Source: Squalus acanthias (Eukaryota). From it: a stretch of 64,000 nucleotides of DNA. Location: assembly GCA_030390025.1 (NCBI GenBank), contig CM059432.1, positions 92,010,001-92,074,000 on the forward strand, written 5' to 3'. The notes beneath the pieces are model-generated. The model was not told the origin of the DNA. It saw only the letters and a list, made by a program, of their open reading frames with translations, and did not search any database. Position 1 is the stretch's first letter; the number at the start of each line of letters is the position of its first letter. Below are positions 36,583 to 48,530 of the stretch, in pieces. Both the position numbers and the translations under genes were made by a program.

Positions 36583-37348
36583 GGCCCAAAAATTCGGCCG
36601 TTCTCAGGTGAGTACGGACTGTGTACTCACCCGTATTCATTCCCGAAGTGCCGGTTTCCTGCATGCACTGCGCATGCGCGGGAAACCGGCACTTCCGGTA
36701 TGGCGAAGGGGGCGGTTCCTAGGTGAACCGCGTGCGCACTAGAGGCTGCACGCACGCAGCACACTTAGGTTTTTTTTCAGGTTTCAACGCGAGGGTAAGT
36801 ATTGAAGATTCTACGCTAGTAAAAAGGAGGCGTAAGACCCCTTTTGAACAAGGTAAGTAGTTAATTAAGTATAATTTTAAATTTTTTTTCAACAGGTTTA
36901 TCTTTTTTAGAGACTTTAAAGAAAGGTAAGTTTATTTTTATAACTTTTAAAAAGTATTTTAATTTTTTCAAAAATTTAAATTTTTGTTTAAAGTGGTTAA
37001 TTTATTTAACTATAGTTATTTTAGTAATGTGATGGTTTTTTTTTTTAATTTATTTGAGGTTTAGCTGTTCTTTTGGGGCCGATTTCAATTCACAGATTTG
37101 ACAGGTCTCCTGTCAAATCTATGAATGAAAGATGGTCTGCCGCCATTGGCTCTCCATGGCCCACGTGATCCCAGGGGTCGCATCGCACTAACTGCGCCCC
37201 TGGGACACGCACGCACTGCGCGCCGGCACTAGGGAGAGGCCCGGGACCCGAAGTTGCTGTGGGCCCGAAACACAACGGCAGGCGCGGTGGGTAAGAGCGC
37301 GCGCGATCCTTACCCCCGCGGCAAGCCGGCCACCCGAATTTCTAGGCC
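36583..37348. mobile_element. Harbinger-type MITE (766 bp) with an AAT TSD
   Basis: AAT|GGCCCAAAAATTCGG ... CCGAATTTCTAGGCC|AAT; internal hairpins and an AT-rich core. Confidence 0.85.
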
Positions 37349-37409
37349 AATGACTTCTGTCTTCTTGATGTTCAGTCAGAGGAAATGTTAAAACCTGCAT
37401 GCATCCTCA

Positions 37410-38635
37410 AACCCCCCCATGTCCTTGCAAACTACCACCCAATCTTTAACCTCCCATTCCTTGAACATGTTGGTCACCTCCCAAATCCATGCCCATCTTT
37501 CCTGCAAAATCACATTTGAACACCTCCAATCAGATTTCTGCCCATGTCACACCACTGAAACAGTTCTCAAAGTCACAAATGACATCCTATGTGATTGTGA
37601 TAAATTATCCTCCTCATCCATCTTGACCTGTCTGCAGCCTTTGACATGGTTGACCACACCATCATCCTACAACACCTCTCCACCATTGTCCAGCTGCGTG
37701 GGACTGCCTCCACCTGGTTCCATTCCTAGCTATCCAGAAAAGTCACCTGCAATGGCTTCTTTCCCCACTCCATTCCCTCTGGAGTCCTCCAAGGAACTAT
37801 CCTTGACCCCCCCCTCCTTTTTCTCATCTACATGGTGCCCCTCAGCAACATCATCCAAAAATAAAGCGCCAGTTTCCACACATACGCTGAAGCTGATGAC
37901 ACCCAGCTCTACCAACCACCTCTTGAGCCCTCCACTGCCTCAGATGTCACGTTGCTTGTCCGACATACAGTATTGGAGGAGCAGAAATTCCTCCAATTAT
38001 ATATTGGGAAGACTGAAACCATTATCTTTGGTCCCAGCCACAAACTCCATTCCCAAGCTACCGCCTCCATCCCCCTCCCTGACCACCTGAGGCTGAACCA
38101 GACTGTTTGCAACCTTGGTGTCCTATTTGACCTGGAGCCGAGCTTCTGACCACACATCCTCGCCATCACAAAAACTGCCTACTGCCACCTCAACATCACC
38201 CATCACCCAACCCCACCCCACCCCACCTCAGCTTATCTGCTGCGGAAACCCTCGTCCATGCCTTGGTTACCTCTGGACTCGACTATTCCAATGCGCTCTT
38301 GTCCGGCCTCCCACTTTGCACTCTCCATAAACTTGAGCTCATCCAAAACCTTGCTGCCCATATTCTAACTTGTCCCATTCAGCCATCACCGCGTGCTCGC
38401 CGATCTATATTGGCTCCCAGTCCAGCAACACCACGATTTAAAAATTCTTTGTTTTCAAATCCCTCCATGGCCTCAACCCTCCATATCTCTAACCTCCTCC
38501 AGTACTACAACCCTCCAAGATCTCTGCACTCCTCCAGTTCTGACCTCTTGCACATTCCCTATTTTCTTTGCACCAACCTTGGTGGCCATGGCTTCTGCTG
38601 TCTAGGCCCTAAGCACTGGAATTCCCTCCCTACAC
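37410..38635 (+). mobile_element. Decayed L2 LINE RT/C-terminal region
   Basis: QSDFCPCHTTETVLKVTNDIL, NLGVLFD, SGLDYSNALLSGLP, WLPV, WNSLP. Confidence 0.85.
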
Positions 38636-38900
38636 CCAAGTTCACAGTAAAGGAGTAGGTAGAGAAATTGGATAGGATAAAAATAGCTAAAGAGGAGATA
38701 CTAAAATCGTTGGCAGTGCTATAAGTAGAAAAGTCACCTGGTCCAGATGGGATGTATCCTAGGTTGTCGAGGGAAGCAAGGGTGGAAATTGTGGAGGCTC
38801 TGGCCACAATCTGCCAATCCTCCCTTAGATATGGGGATGGTTCCAGAGGACTGGAGGATTACAACCCTGTTCAAAATAGGGGAGAAAGATAAACCCAGCT
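38636..38900 (+). mobile_element. Short CR1 fragment
   Basis: KSPGPDGMYPRLSRE ... VPEDWR. Confidence 0.75.
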
Positions 38901-39480
38901 ACACAGCATTGCTCATGTACCTTTAAGGATGTATGCACTAGAATGCCCAAATCGCTTTCTATCTCCATTTTTAATGCCTTTCCCTGAAGAGTGTATGAAT
39001 GTTGAGCATTTGGCCTGCCCACATGCATAATACTGCACTTATAAAAGTTATACATAATTTTCCAGTCTTGAGCTCAATCTCCCAACACATTAAGATCTAC
39101 CTGAAGCAGACAAGCATTATTTACAGTTCTAATACTCAGATCTTGGTATCTTCTGCAAATTTGCAGATTGTGCCCCCAACACCTACATTTAATAAAAATA
39201 GTAAAGAGCAACAGTCCCAACACTGATCCCTGTGGGACACCACTGGTGACTGGTCTCCAAACAGATCCAAATCCATCTATAACTACTTTTTTGCCTATGT
39301 CCTGCCAGCCAGTTCTCAATCCAGCTCAATATATTACCATTAATACCACAGGCTTCGATCTTAGAGAAGCCTCTTATGCGATACCTTATCAAAAGCTTTT
39401 TGGAAAGTTAAGTAGACAATGACTGGACTTCCCTCATCCACCAACTTTGTAACTTCAAAAAAATACAATTAGATTTGTCA

Positions 39481-42400
39481 CGGAGTGCAGATTGGAACAG
39501 AGTGTTAAGCTGCGAGTTTGGTGAGTGAGGGAGTAAATCTTAAAGGTTAATCTCTTATTTTTATAAATTCTAGTCTTGTGTGCTTGCAATTAGCATTTAA
39601 ATTTACTGTTTCAAGTTTTAGGTTTCTTCCAGGCTTGGGCAGGGCTAAGCAAGCTCTATGCTGGAGAGCAGGTGAGAGTAATTAATTAATTAAGTGGTCT
39701 AATCTGGTTCTGTAACTGCCAGAGAGCTCACTTATTTAAATCTCAGCAGTACAAATAAGGGAGGCTAGAGTGCAGATTGGAACAGAGTGTTAAGCTGTGA
39801 GTTTGGTGAGTGAGTAAGTTCAGGGAGGGAGGTGTTCCTTTCTTTTTCCATCTTTGTCAGCTTCCAGGAGAGCAGGAGCTAAAAAGCTGCACAAGAGGGG
39901 AAAGAGAACCAGCGGACAGGGAATGGGTGACCACCAGACAGAGTAAAAGAACTAGGAAGGTAGTGCAGAAGTCCCCTGGGTCAATCTCCCTCTCCGACAG
40001 ATTTTCTGTTTTGGATACTGATGGGGGAGATGGTTTCTCAGGGGAATGCAGCAAGAGCCAAGTCCGTGGCACTACGAGTGGCTCAGCTGCACAGGAGGGG
40101 AGGAAAAAGAGTGGGAGAGCAATAGTGGTAGGGGATTCTATCGTAAGGGGAACAGATAGACATTTCTGTGGCCGCAGACGTGACTCCAGGATGGTATGTT
40201 GCCTCCCTGGTGCCAGGGTCAAGGATGTCACTGAACGGCTACAGGGCATTCTGAAGGGGGAGGGCAAACAGTCAGAGGTCGTGGTTCACATTGGTACCAA
40301 CGACCTGGGTAGAAAGAGGGATGAGGTCCTGCAACAAGAATTTAGGGAGCTAGGTAACAGATTAAAAAGCAGGACCTCAAAGGTTGTAATCTCTGGATTA
40401 CTCCTGGTGTCACGTGCTAGTGAGTATAGGAATAGGAGGATAGAGCAGATGAATGCATGGCTAAAGAGTTGGTGCAGGAGGGAGGGCTTTAGTTTCCTGG
40501 ATCACTGGGTCTGCTTCTGGGGAAGGTGGGACCTGTACAAGTTGGACGGGTTGCACCTGAACCGGAACGGGACCAACATCCTTGCGGGGAGGTTTGCTAG
40601 TACTGTTGGGGGGGGGGGGTTTAAACTAACTTGGCAGGGGGATGGGATACAGAGTGGAGCTATAGTAGGGGGTGATGCACAGCCAATTATAGAGGAAAAA
40701 ACAAGTCAGCCTGGAAGGCAGAGCAAATATGTAACGGCACAAGGGAATATGGCAAGGCTGGATGGCATTTATTTTAATGCAAGGAGTCTTGCGAGTAAGG
40801 CAGATGAATTGAAGGTGTTGATGAACACATGGGAGTATGATATTGTTGCTATCACAGAGACATGGTTGAGGGAGGGGCAGGACTGGCAGCTCAATATTCC
40901 GGGGTATAGAATCTTCAGGCGAGACAGAAGTGGGTGTAAAAGAGGAGGGGGTGTCGCAATATTAATCAAGGAGTCAATTACTGCTGTAAGGAGGGATGAT
41001 ATCTTAGCAGGTTCCTCTAATGAGGCCATATGGGTAGAACTTAAAAACAAAAAGGGGGCAAGCACTTTGCTGGGAGTGTACTATAGGCCCCCAAACAGTC
41101 GGGGGGAGATAGAGGAACAGATATGTAGGCAAATCTCAGAGAAGTGTAGAAATAATAGGGTAATAATAGTAGGGGATTTCAACTTCCCCAATATTAACTG
41201 GGATAGTCAGAGTGTGAAAGGCTTAGAGGGTGCGGAATTCTTAAAGTGCATCCAGGAGAGCTTTTTGAGCCAGCATGTAGAATGTCCTACAAGAGAGGGG
41301 GCGGTACTGAACCTAATTCTAGGGAATGCAGCCGGGCAAGTGGTAAAAGTGTTAGTAGGAGAGCATTTTGGTGACAGTGACCATAATTCGGTGAGATTTA
41401 AGGTAGTCATGGAAAAGGACAAAGATGGACCGGAAATGAAGGTTTTAAATTGGGGGACGGCCGATTTTAATATGATAAGGCAGGATCTGGCCAAAGTGGA
41501 CTGGGATCAGCTACTTGTAGGAAAATCCACATCAGAGCAGTGGGAATGACTTCAGAAAGGAAATAGAGAGAGGACAGCGCCAACATGTTATCGTAAAGGT
41601 CAAGGGTGGGACCAACAAGTCCAGGGAACCCTGGATGTCAAGGGATATACGAGAATGGATTAGGAAAAAAAGGGAGGCTTTTGGCAGATACAAAGGACTA
41701 AAAACAATAGAAGCCCCAGAGGAGTATAGAAAGTGCAGGGGGGTACTTAAAAAAGAAATTAGGAGAGCGAAGAGGGGACATGAAATAACACTGGCAGGCA
41801 AAATAAAGGAAAATCCCAAGGTGTTTTATAAGTATATTAAGGGCAAGAGGATAACCAGGGAAAGAGTAGGGCCCATTAGGGACCAAAGTGGCAATCTGTG
41901 TGTAGAGCCAGAAGATGTAGGTGGGGTTTTAAATGAATATTTTGCATCTGTGTTCACTATGGAGAAGGACGATGTAGGCATAGAAATCAGGCAGGGGGAT
42001 TGTGATATACTTGAACAAATTAGTATTGAGAGGGAGGAAGTACTAGCGGTTTTAGCGGGCTTAAAAGTGGATAAAGCCCAAGGCCCAGACGAGATGTATC
42101 CCAGGCTGCTGTGTGAGGCAAGGGAGGAGATTGCAGGGGCTCTGACACAAATTTTCAGAACCTCTCTGGCCACAGGGGAGGTGCCAGAGGACTGGAGAAC
42201 AGCTAACGTAGTACCATTATTCAAGAAGGGTAGTAGGGATAAACCAGGGAATTATAGGCCAGTGAGCCTAACATCAGTGGTAGGGAAATTATTGGAAAAA
42301 ATTCTGAGGGACAGAATTAGTCTCCACTTGGAGAGGCAAGGATTAATCAAGGATAGTCAGCATGGCTTTGTCAGGGAGAGATCATGTCTGACCAATTTGA

Positions 42401-43633
42401 TTGAATTTTGAGAGGGGGTGACTAGGTGTGTGGATGAGGGTAGTGCAGTTGATGTGGTCTACATGGACTTCAGTAAGGCTTTTGACAAAGTCTCGCATGG
42501 GAGACTGGTCAAGAAGGTAAGAGCCCATGGGATCCAGGGCAACTTGGCATATTGGATCCAAAATTGGCTTAGTGGCAGGAGGCAGAGGGTGATGGTCGAA
42601 GGTTGTTTTTGTGACTGGAAGCCTGTGTCCAGTGGTGTACCGCAGGGATCGGTGCTGGGTCCTTTGCTGTTTGTAGTGTACATTAATGATTTAGATATGA
42701 ATGTAGGAGGTATGATCAGTAAGTTCGCAGATGACACGAAAATTGGTGGGGTGGTAAATAGTGAGGAGGGAAGCCTCAGGCTACAGGACGATATAGACGG
42801 GTTGGTTAGATGGGCAGAACAGTGGCAAATGGAATTTAACCCTGAAAAGTGTGAGGTGATGCATTTTGGGAGGACTAACAAGGCAAGGGAATACACAATG
42901 AATGGTAGGACCCTAGGAAGGACAGAGGATCAGAGGGACCTTGGTGTGCATGTACATAGATCCCTGAAGGCAGCAGGACAGGTAGATAAGGTGGTTAAAA
43001 AGGCATATGGGATATTTGCCTTCATTAGCCGAGGCATAGAATATAAGAGCAGGGAGGTTATGATGGAGCTGTACAAAATGCTAGTTAGGCCACAGCTGGA
43101 ATACTGTGTGCAGTTCTGGTCGCCACACTATAGGAAGGATGTGATTGCATTGGAGAGGGTGCAGAGGAGATTCACCAGGATGTTACCTGGGCTGCAGCGC
43201 TTCAGCTATGAAGAGAGACTGGACAGGCTGGGGTTGTTTTCCTTAGAGCAGAGAAGGCTGAGGGGGGACCTGATTGAGGTGTACAAAATTATGAGGGGCA
43301 TAGATAGGGTAGATAGAAAGGAACTTTTCCCCTTAGTAGAGGGGTCAATAACCAGGGAGCATAGTTTCAAGGTAAGGGGCAGGAGGTTTAGAGGGGATTT
43401 GAGGAAAAACCTTTTCACCCAGAGGGTGGTTGGAATCTGGAACTCACTGCCTGAAAGGGTAGTAGAGGTAGGAACCCTCAACATTCAAGAAGCATTTAGA
43501 TGAGCACTTGAAATGCCATAGCATACAAGGCTACGGACCAAGAGCTGTAAAATGGGATTAGAATAGATAGGGCTTGATGGCCGGTGCGGACACGATGGGC
43601 CGAAGGGCCTCTTTCTGTGCTGTATAACTCTAT
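39481..43633 (+). mobile_element. Near full-length CR1 LINE: 5' UTR, SGNH-esterase ORF1, APE-RT ORF2 with frameshifts near 41549, 42411 and 43490, and 3' UTR
   Basis: GDSIVRG, CLPGARV, HIGTND and DGLHLN (ORF1); NARS, ITETW, YYRPP, GDFN and SDH (EN); complete RT motif set. Confidence 0.95.
40620..40629 (+). promoter_or_regulatory. Putative -1 ribosomal frameshift heptamer TTTAAAC followed by TAA at the CR1 ORF1/ORF2 junction
   Basis: X XXY YYZ heptamer; TTT AAA CTA ACT TGG runs into the endonuclease without a stop; same motif at 57164 and 45300. Confidence 0.55.
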
Positions 43634-45290
43634 GACATGACTTATGAAGCCATGTTGAGTAGACCTAATATGTCCCTCTCTATCCCAAGTATTCATATAT
43701 TGCATCCCTAATGATTCCTTCAAGCATCTTACCTATTACTGATGTTAAACTAATGGGCCTACAGTTACCTGTCACTTTTTTTTTAAAGATAGAGACTACA
43801 TTAGCCTCCTTCCAGTCTATAGGAACCATTCCAGAGTGTAGTGAGCTATTAAAAATACAGGCTAGGGGGCTCACACAGCACTTGACCCATCTCAGAGGAC
43901 CCTTGGGTGGACATCATCTGGCCCAGCTGCTCCATCCATTTTCAAGTTCTTAATTATTTCTAAAACAATGTTACTCTATGTTTGGTTAGTAACATTATTA
44001 AATTTCAATAGTCAAGTAGCATCTTCAAAAAGGTGAAGACCGATGCAAAGTACTCATTTAATATTTCCGCCACACCCAGCGAGTCCTGTGTAACCCGTCC
44101 TTGAACACCCTTCAATGGCCCAATACAGTCTGATAGTTCTGACTGACTCTTCACATAACTGAAAAAGCTTTCCCATTACTTCCACAGTTGTCTGCGATCC
44201 TTTTATCCATTAGCCATTTTGCTGATCCAATAGCAGCCTTTGTTTTCTTTAGTTGTTCCTTATACTCAACTCTTTAAATATCTTTAATTTAGAGAAACAT
44301 TTGTTTACATCTTATTTGTCTTTGTACATAACCAGTCAGCCACCTTGGCTTTTTCTTGCTTTTGACTTTGGGTACATATGTTTTGCCACATTTTTTTCAT
44401 CTTGTTCTTAAAAACTTTATTTATATTCTACATCGGTCTCATCATCACCCAGGAGGGTTAGCCAATTTACCCGTTCCAAATCATCTGCCATTTTGGTGAA
44501 ATTTGCTCTTCTGAAATCTGGTAAGTGGTAAGTGTTGCAGGTTCTCAGTACCTTTAGTTCTACTAGCCAATTGGAACCATATAATGTCGTGGTCACTGTT
44601 GGCCAGATGTTCCCCCACATAGAGGCCCGATACAAGGTCAGGCTCACTACTAAACACTAGATCACTATGATTATCCCGAGTTACTTCATTAACATGTTGA
44701 GTCAGGAAACAGTCTTGTATATGCACACAACAATTTTTCAAGCACTTCCCACCACAACAGCAGGTAAACCATCATGTCACTGAATGCCAGGAAAATTAAA
44801 GTCAGCCAAAAGGTGGCATTTTATATTAAAGCATTTGCAATCCATTTTCATAATAACTCTCTTGTTCAGGTGTCCGACCCAGGGGCCTATAACAATTACC
44901 AATAATTAGTCCCTGCCCATGAGGTTTGTCCACTTTAACCCAGATAGCCTCTGCTGTACTTGAGGCAATGTCAAGTCAGTCTTTAGCAGAAAGATTCTCA
45001 CTGCTAAAAATAGCAACCTCACCTCCCCTCTGACCCACTATCCTTTCTGAAACCCTTAGGTGAATTTCTGTCCCATTACTTTCATCTAGCTATGTCTCAA
45101 ATACAAAATGTCTAATTTCTCTAACACAGCATAGGATTACAGTTCTACAACTCCTTGCATTTACATTGTTTAAGAGTTTTTTTAAAACTCTTGTATGCTT
45201 CCTACCTGGTTTATCAGCATGCTTAGCATCTATATAATCATCAAGTTCAGCAAGGCGATCTTTGAACTTCTACACTATCTCCTTGCTGAA

Positions 45291-45300
45291 TTAGTTTAAA
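45291..45300 (-). promoter_or_regulatory. TTTAAAC-TAA at the end of the ORF1 remnant in the old minus-strand CR1
   Basis: Minus strand GCATTTAAACTAA lies between the ORF1 esterase remnant and the EN remnant. Confidence 0.45.
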
Positions 45301-45860
45301 TGCTTTCAGAAATCATTTAAAAAGACCCTCTGCCCGCCTTTGTGCTCCCAGGAAGTTAAGATGGAGGCCATCCCTCGTAAACAACTTACCTTGTCCAGCA
45401 AACACCTCCCAATTATTGATGAAATGTAGCTTCTTTTTACAAAGGTCCCAAAGCCAGATGTTGAATCCTACAATTCAGCTATGCCTCTCCATCGATCTGG
45501 ACATGACTGGTAATAGCCCAGAGACTACTACCCTTGTATCCCTTTGCTGAAGGTTACCTATGAGGCTTTTGTAGGAATCCTGCAAAACAAATGGATTTCT
45601 AGCAATTATATCATTAGCACCAATATGTAAACCTATTACAGTTCCTTGGCACTCACTTTTCATCAGATCATCCACACAATCAGAGATCAGCTACCTTGGT
45701 CCCTGGAAAACAAAAGACTGCTCGAGAGACTTACCTCTACACAGGGTGCTCTCTGTGTGCCTGATAATAGAATCCCCTATGAGGATAGCACACTGCCTCC
45801 TACTCTTCCTTGGCTGTTCACCCAACAATGTTCTCTTGGATTTTGCAACCTTCCTCAATG

Positions 45861-47480
45861 TTTTTTTTAAATTCGTTTATGGGATGTGGGAGTTGCTGGC
45901 AAGGCCAGCATTTATTGCCCATCCCTAATTGCCATTGACAAGGTGGTGGTGAGCCGCCTTCTTGAACCGCTGCAGTCCATGTGGTGAAGGTAATCCCACA
46001 GTGCTGTTAGGTAGGGAGTTCCAGGATTTTGACCCAGCGACAACGAAGGATCGGTGTGAGACTTGGAGGTGGTGGTGTTCCCATGCGCTTGCTGCCCATA
46101 TCCTTCTAGATGGAAGAGGTCGCAGGTTCGGGAGGTGCTGCCGAAGAAGCCTTAGCGAGTTGCTGCAGTGCATCTTGTAGATGGTACACACTGCAGCCAT
46201 GGTACACCGGTGGTGGAGGGAGTGAATGTGTAAGGTGGTGGATGGGGTGCCAATCAAGCGGGCTGCTTTGTCCTGGATTGTGTCGAACTTCTTAGTGTTG
46301 TTGGAGCTGCACTCATCCAGGCAAGTGGAGAGTATTCCATCACACTCCTTACTTGTGCCTTGTAGATGGTGGAAAGGCTTTGGGGAGGCAGGTGGTGAGA
46401 CACTCACCGCAGAATACCTAGCCTCTGACCTATTCTTGTTGCCACAGTATTTGTGCCTGGTCCAGTTAAGTTTCTGGTCAATGGTGACCCCCAGGATGTT
46501 GATGGTGGAGGATTCTGTGATGGTAATGCTGTTGAATGTCAAGGGGAGGTGGTTAGACTCTCGCTTGTTGGAGATAGTCATTGCCTGGCACTTCTGTGGC
46601 TCGAATGTTACCTGCCACTTATCAGCCCAAGCCTGAATGTCATCCAGGTCTGCCTCATTATCTGAGGAGTTGTGAATGGCGCTGAACACTGTGCAGTCAT
46701 CAGCGAACATCCCCATTTCTGACCTTATGTTGGAGAGAAGATCATTGATGAAGCAGCTGAAGATGGTTGGGCCTGGGACACTGCCCTGAGGCTCTCCTGC
46801 AGCAATGTCCTGGGGCTGTAATGATTGACCTTCAACCACCACAACCATCTTCCTTTGTGCTAGGTATGACTCCAACCAGTGGAGAGTTTCCCCCCTCCCC
46901 CCAGATTCCCATTGACTTCAGTTTTACTAGGGCTCCTTGATGCCACACTCGGTCAAATGCTGCCTTGATGTCAAGGGCAGTCACTCTCACCTCACCTCTG
47001 GAATTCAGCTCCTTTGTCCATGTTTGGACCAAGGCTGTAATGAGGTCGGGAGCAGAGTGGTCTTGGCGGAACCCAAACTGGGCATCAGTGAGCAGGTTAT
47101 TGGTGAGTATGTGCCGCTTGATAGCGCTGTTGATGACACCTTCCATCACTTTGCTGATGATTTGAGAGTAGACTGATGGGGCGGTAATTGGCTGGATTGG
47201 ATTTGTCCTGCTTTTTGTGGACAGGACATACCTGGGCAGATTTCCACATTGGTCAGATAGATACCAGTGTTGTAGCTGTACTGGAATAGCTTGGCTAGAG
47301 GCGCAGCTAGTTCTGGAGCACAAGTCTTCAGCACGATAGCTGGGATGTTGTCGGGGCCCATAGCCTTTGCTGTATCCAGTGCGCTCAGTCGTTTGATATC
47401 ACATGGAGTGAATCGAATTGACTGAAGACTGGCTTCTGTGTTGGTGGGGAACCTCAGGAGTAGACCGATATGAATCATCG
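45861..47480 (-). mobile_element. Family-B LINE (CR1/L2 group, clade uncertain), 5'-truncated
   Basis: QFGFRQDHS, LDIKAAFDRVWH, PQGSVPGP, FADD, LGVTIDQKL, WNSLP. Confidence 0.9.
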
Positions 47481-47999
47481 ACAGACTAGTCAAGCAACAG
47501 CCCAGTCAGGAAGTCATCAAAATCCACCAAGTTTGTTAATTGGTCAATCTCTTTTTAGCAAACAATCTCCTACTCCCAAGACAAAACCTGAACACACTTA
47601 TTGCAAGTGAAGGCCCTACAATGCTTCACTTCAACACCATCTCTCTCTCTCTAACATTACCTTAAAGGTGTACATGCAACACACCTCACATTGGAGTCAC
47701 TCTCCTTTTCTTTGGGACCCAGGGTTCACCATCCTTATCTTTCAGGAAATCTGAATAAAAGAGGGGAGGGGAACAGAAACAAATAGGCAGAATAAGTAAC
47801 CTGCCATCACAACTCCCAGCAAGCAATTTCCCACCCTGCCCAAACCTTGCTCCACTTCACTCTACAAGCCCAGACCTTTTATATCCTTAACTGCAACTTC
47901 TAAATGATATTAGCTGTCTAAGTCACCTTTACTACCTACACCTGTTTTTCAATTACCCCCTAACTGCCCTCTAATTACACCCCAACTAGTTTTAAGTCG

Positions 48000-48530
48000 G
48001 TTCACGGACTCCCAGGCCGCCTGCCTTTTCTGCAGCCTGGAGGAGTCCGTGTTCCATGTATATATAGAATGTGAGAGGTTGCAGCCCCTCTTCCATTATT
48101 TGAAGGGGCTGCCCCTCGATTTTTGGCTGCACTTCAGTCCCCAGTCATTATTGAAGGGGCTGCCCCTCGATTTTTGGCTGCACTTCAGTCCCACGCTCCT
48201 GATCTTTGGTCACCCGGTGCGGAGGGGAGCAGGCAGATTGGGGGACCTCCTCGTGGGACTGCTCCTGGCCAAAGTGGCCATTAATTGGTCCAGGCAGCAG
48301 GCGGTCGAGGGGGTCGTTCGGCCTGACTGCCTGCCTCTCTTCCGCGGCCACGTTCGCGCCCGGGTGGCCCTGGAGATGGAGCACGCGGTGTCCGCCGGCA
48401 CGCTCGAGGCCTTCCGCGACCGGTGGGCGCCGCAGGGACTGGAGTGCATCATCACCCCAGCCAACCAAATTTTAATTTAATTTGTTAAGTTTCATTTAAT
48501 GTTTTTGTTACGTTACAATTTATTTGTTTA
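48000..48530 (+). mobile_element. Tx1-clade LINE 3' end
   Basis: C-terminal zinc-knuckle region C.FC..EESVFHVYIECERLQPLF, LLLAKVAI, FRDRWA; T-rich tail; 51-bp in-frame duplication. Confidence 0.7.

Larger units (their letters stand above)
35690..37400 (-). mobile_element. Decayed L2 fragments interrupted by a SINE (36073-36553) and a MITE (36583-37348)
   Basis: GGGGTCAAACAGGACACCAA and GGTTCAGC match the reverse complement of the L2 at 38090-38150; the flanks of the MITE rejoin at AAT. Confidence 0.55.
38900..47990 (-). mobile_element. Old, nearly full-length CR1 (ORF1 esterase remnant ~45300-45800, EN, RT), split by insertions at 39481-43633 and 45861-47480
   Basis: LHIGANDI...[41 protein letters not shown] rejoins across the 39481 insert; 5' boundary uncertain. 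Confidence 0.75.

Noticed and set aside
39857..43484. Long antisense ORFs over CR1 (also 56609-57157 and 13202-13987)
   Set aside because: Shadows of the sense-strand codon structure; no independent motifs.
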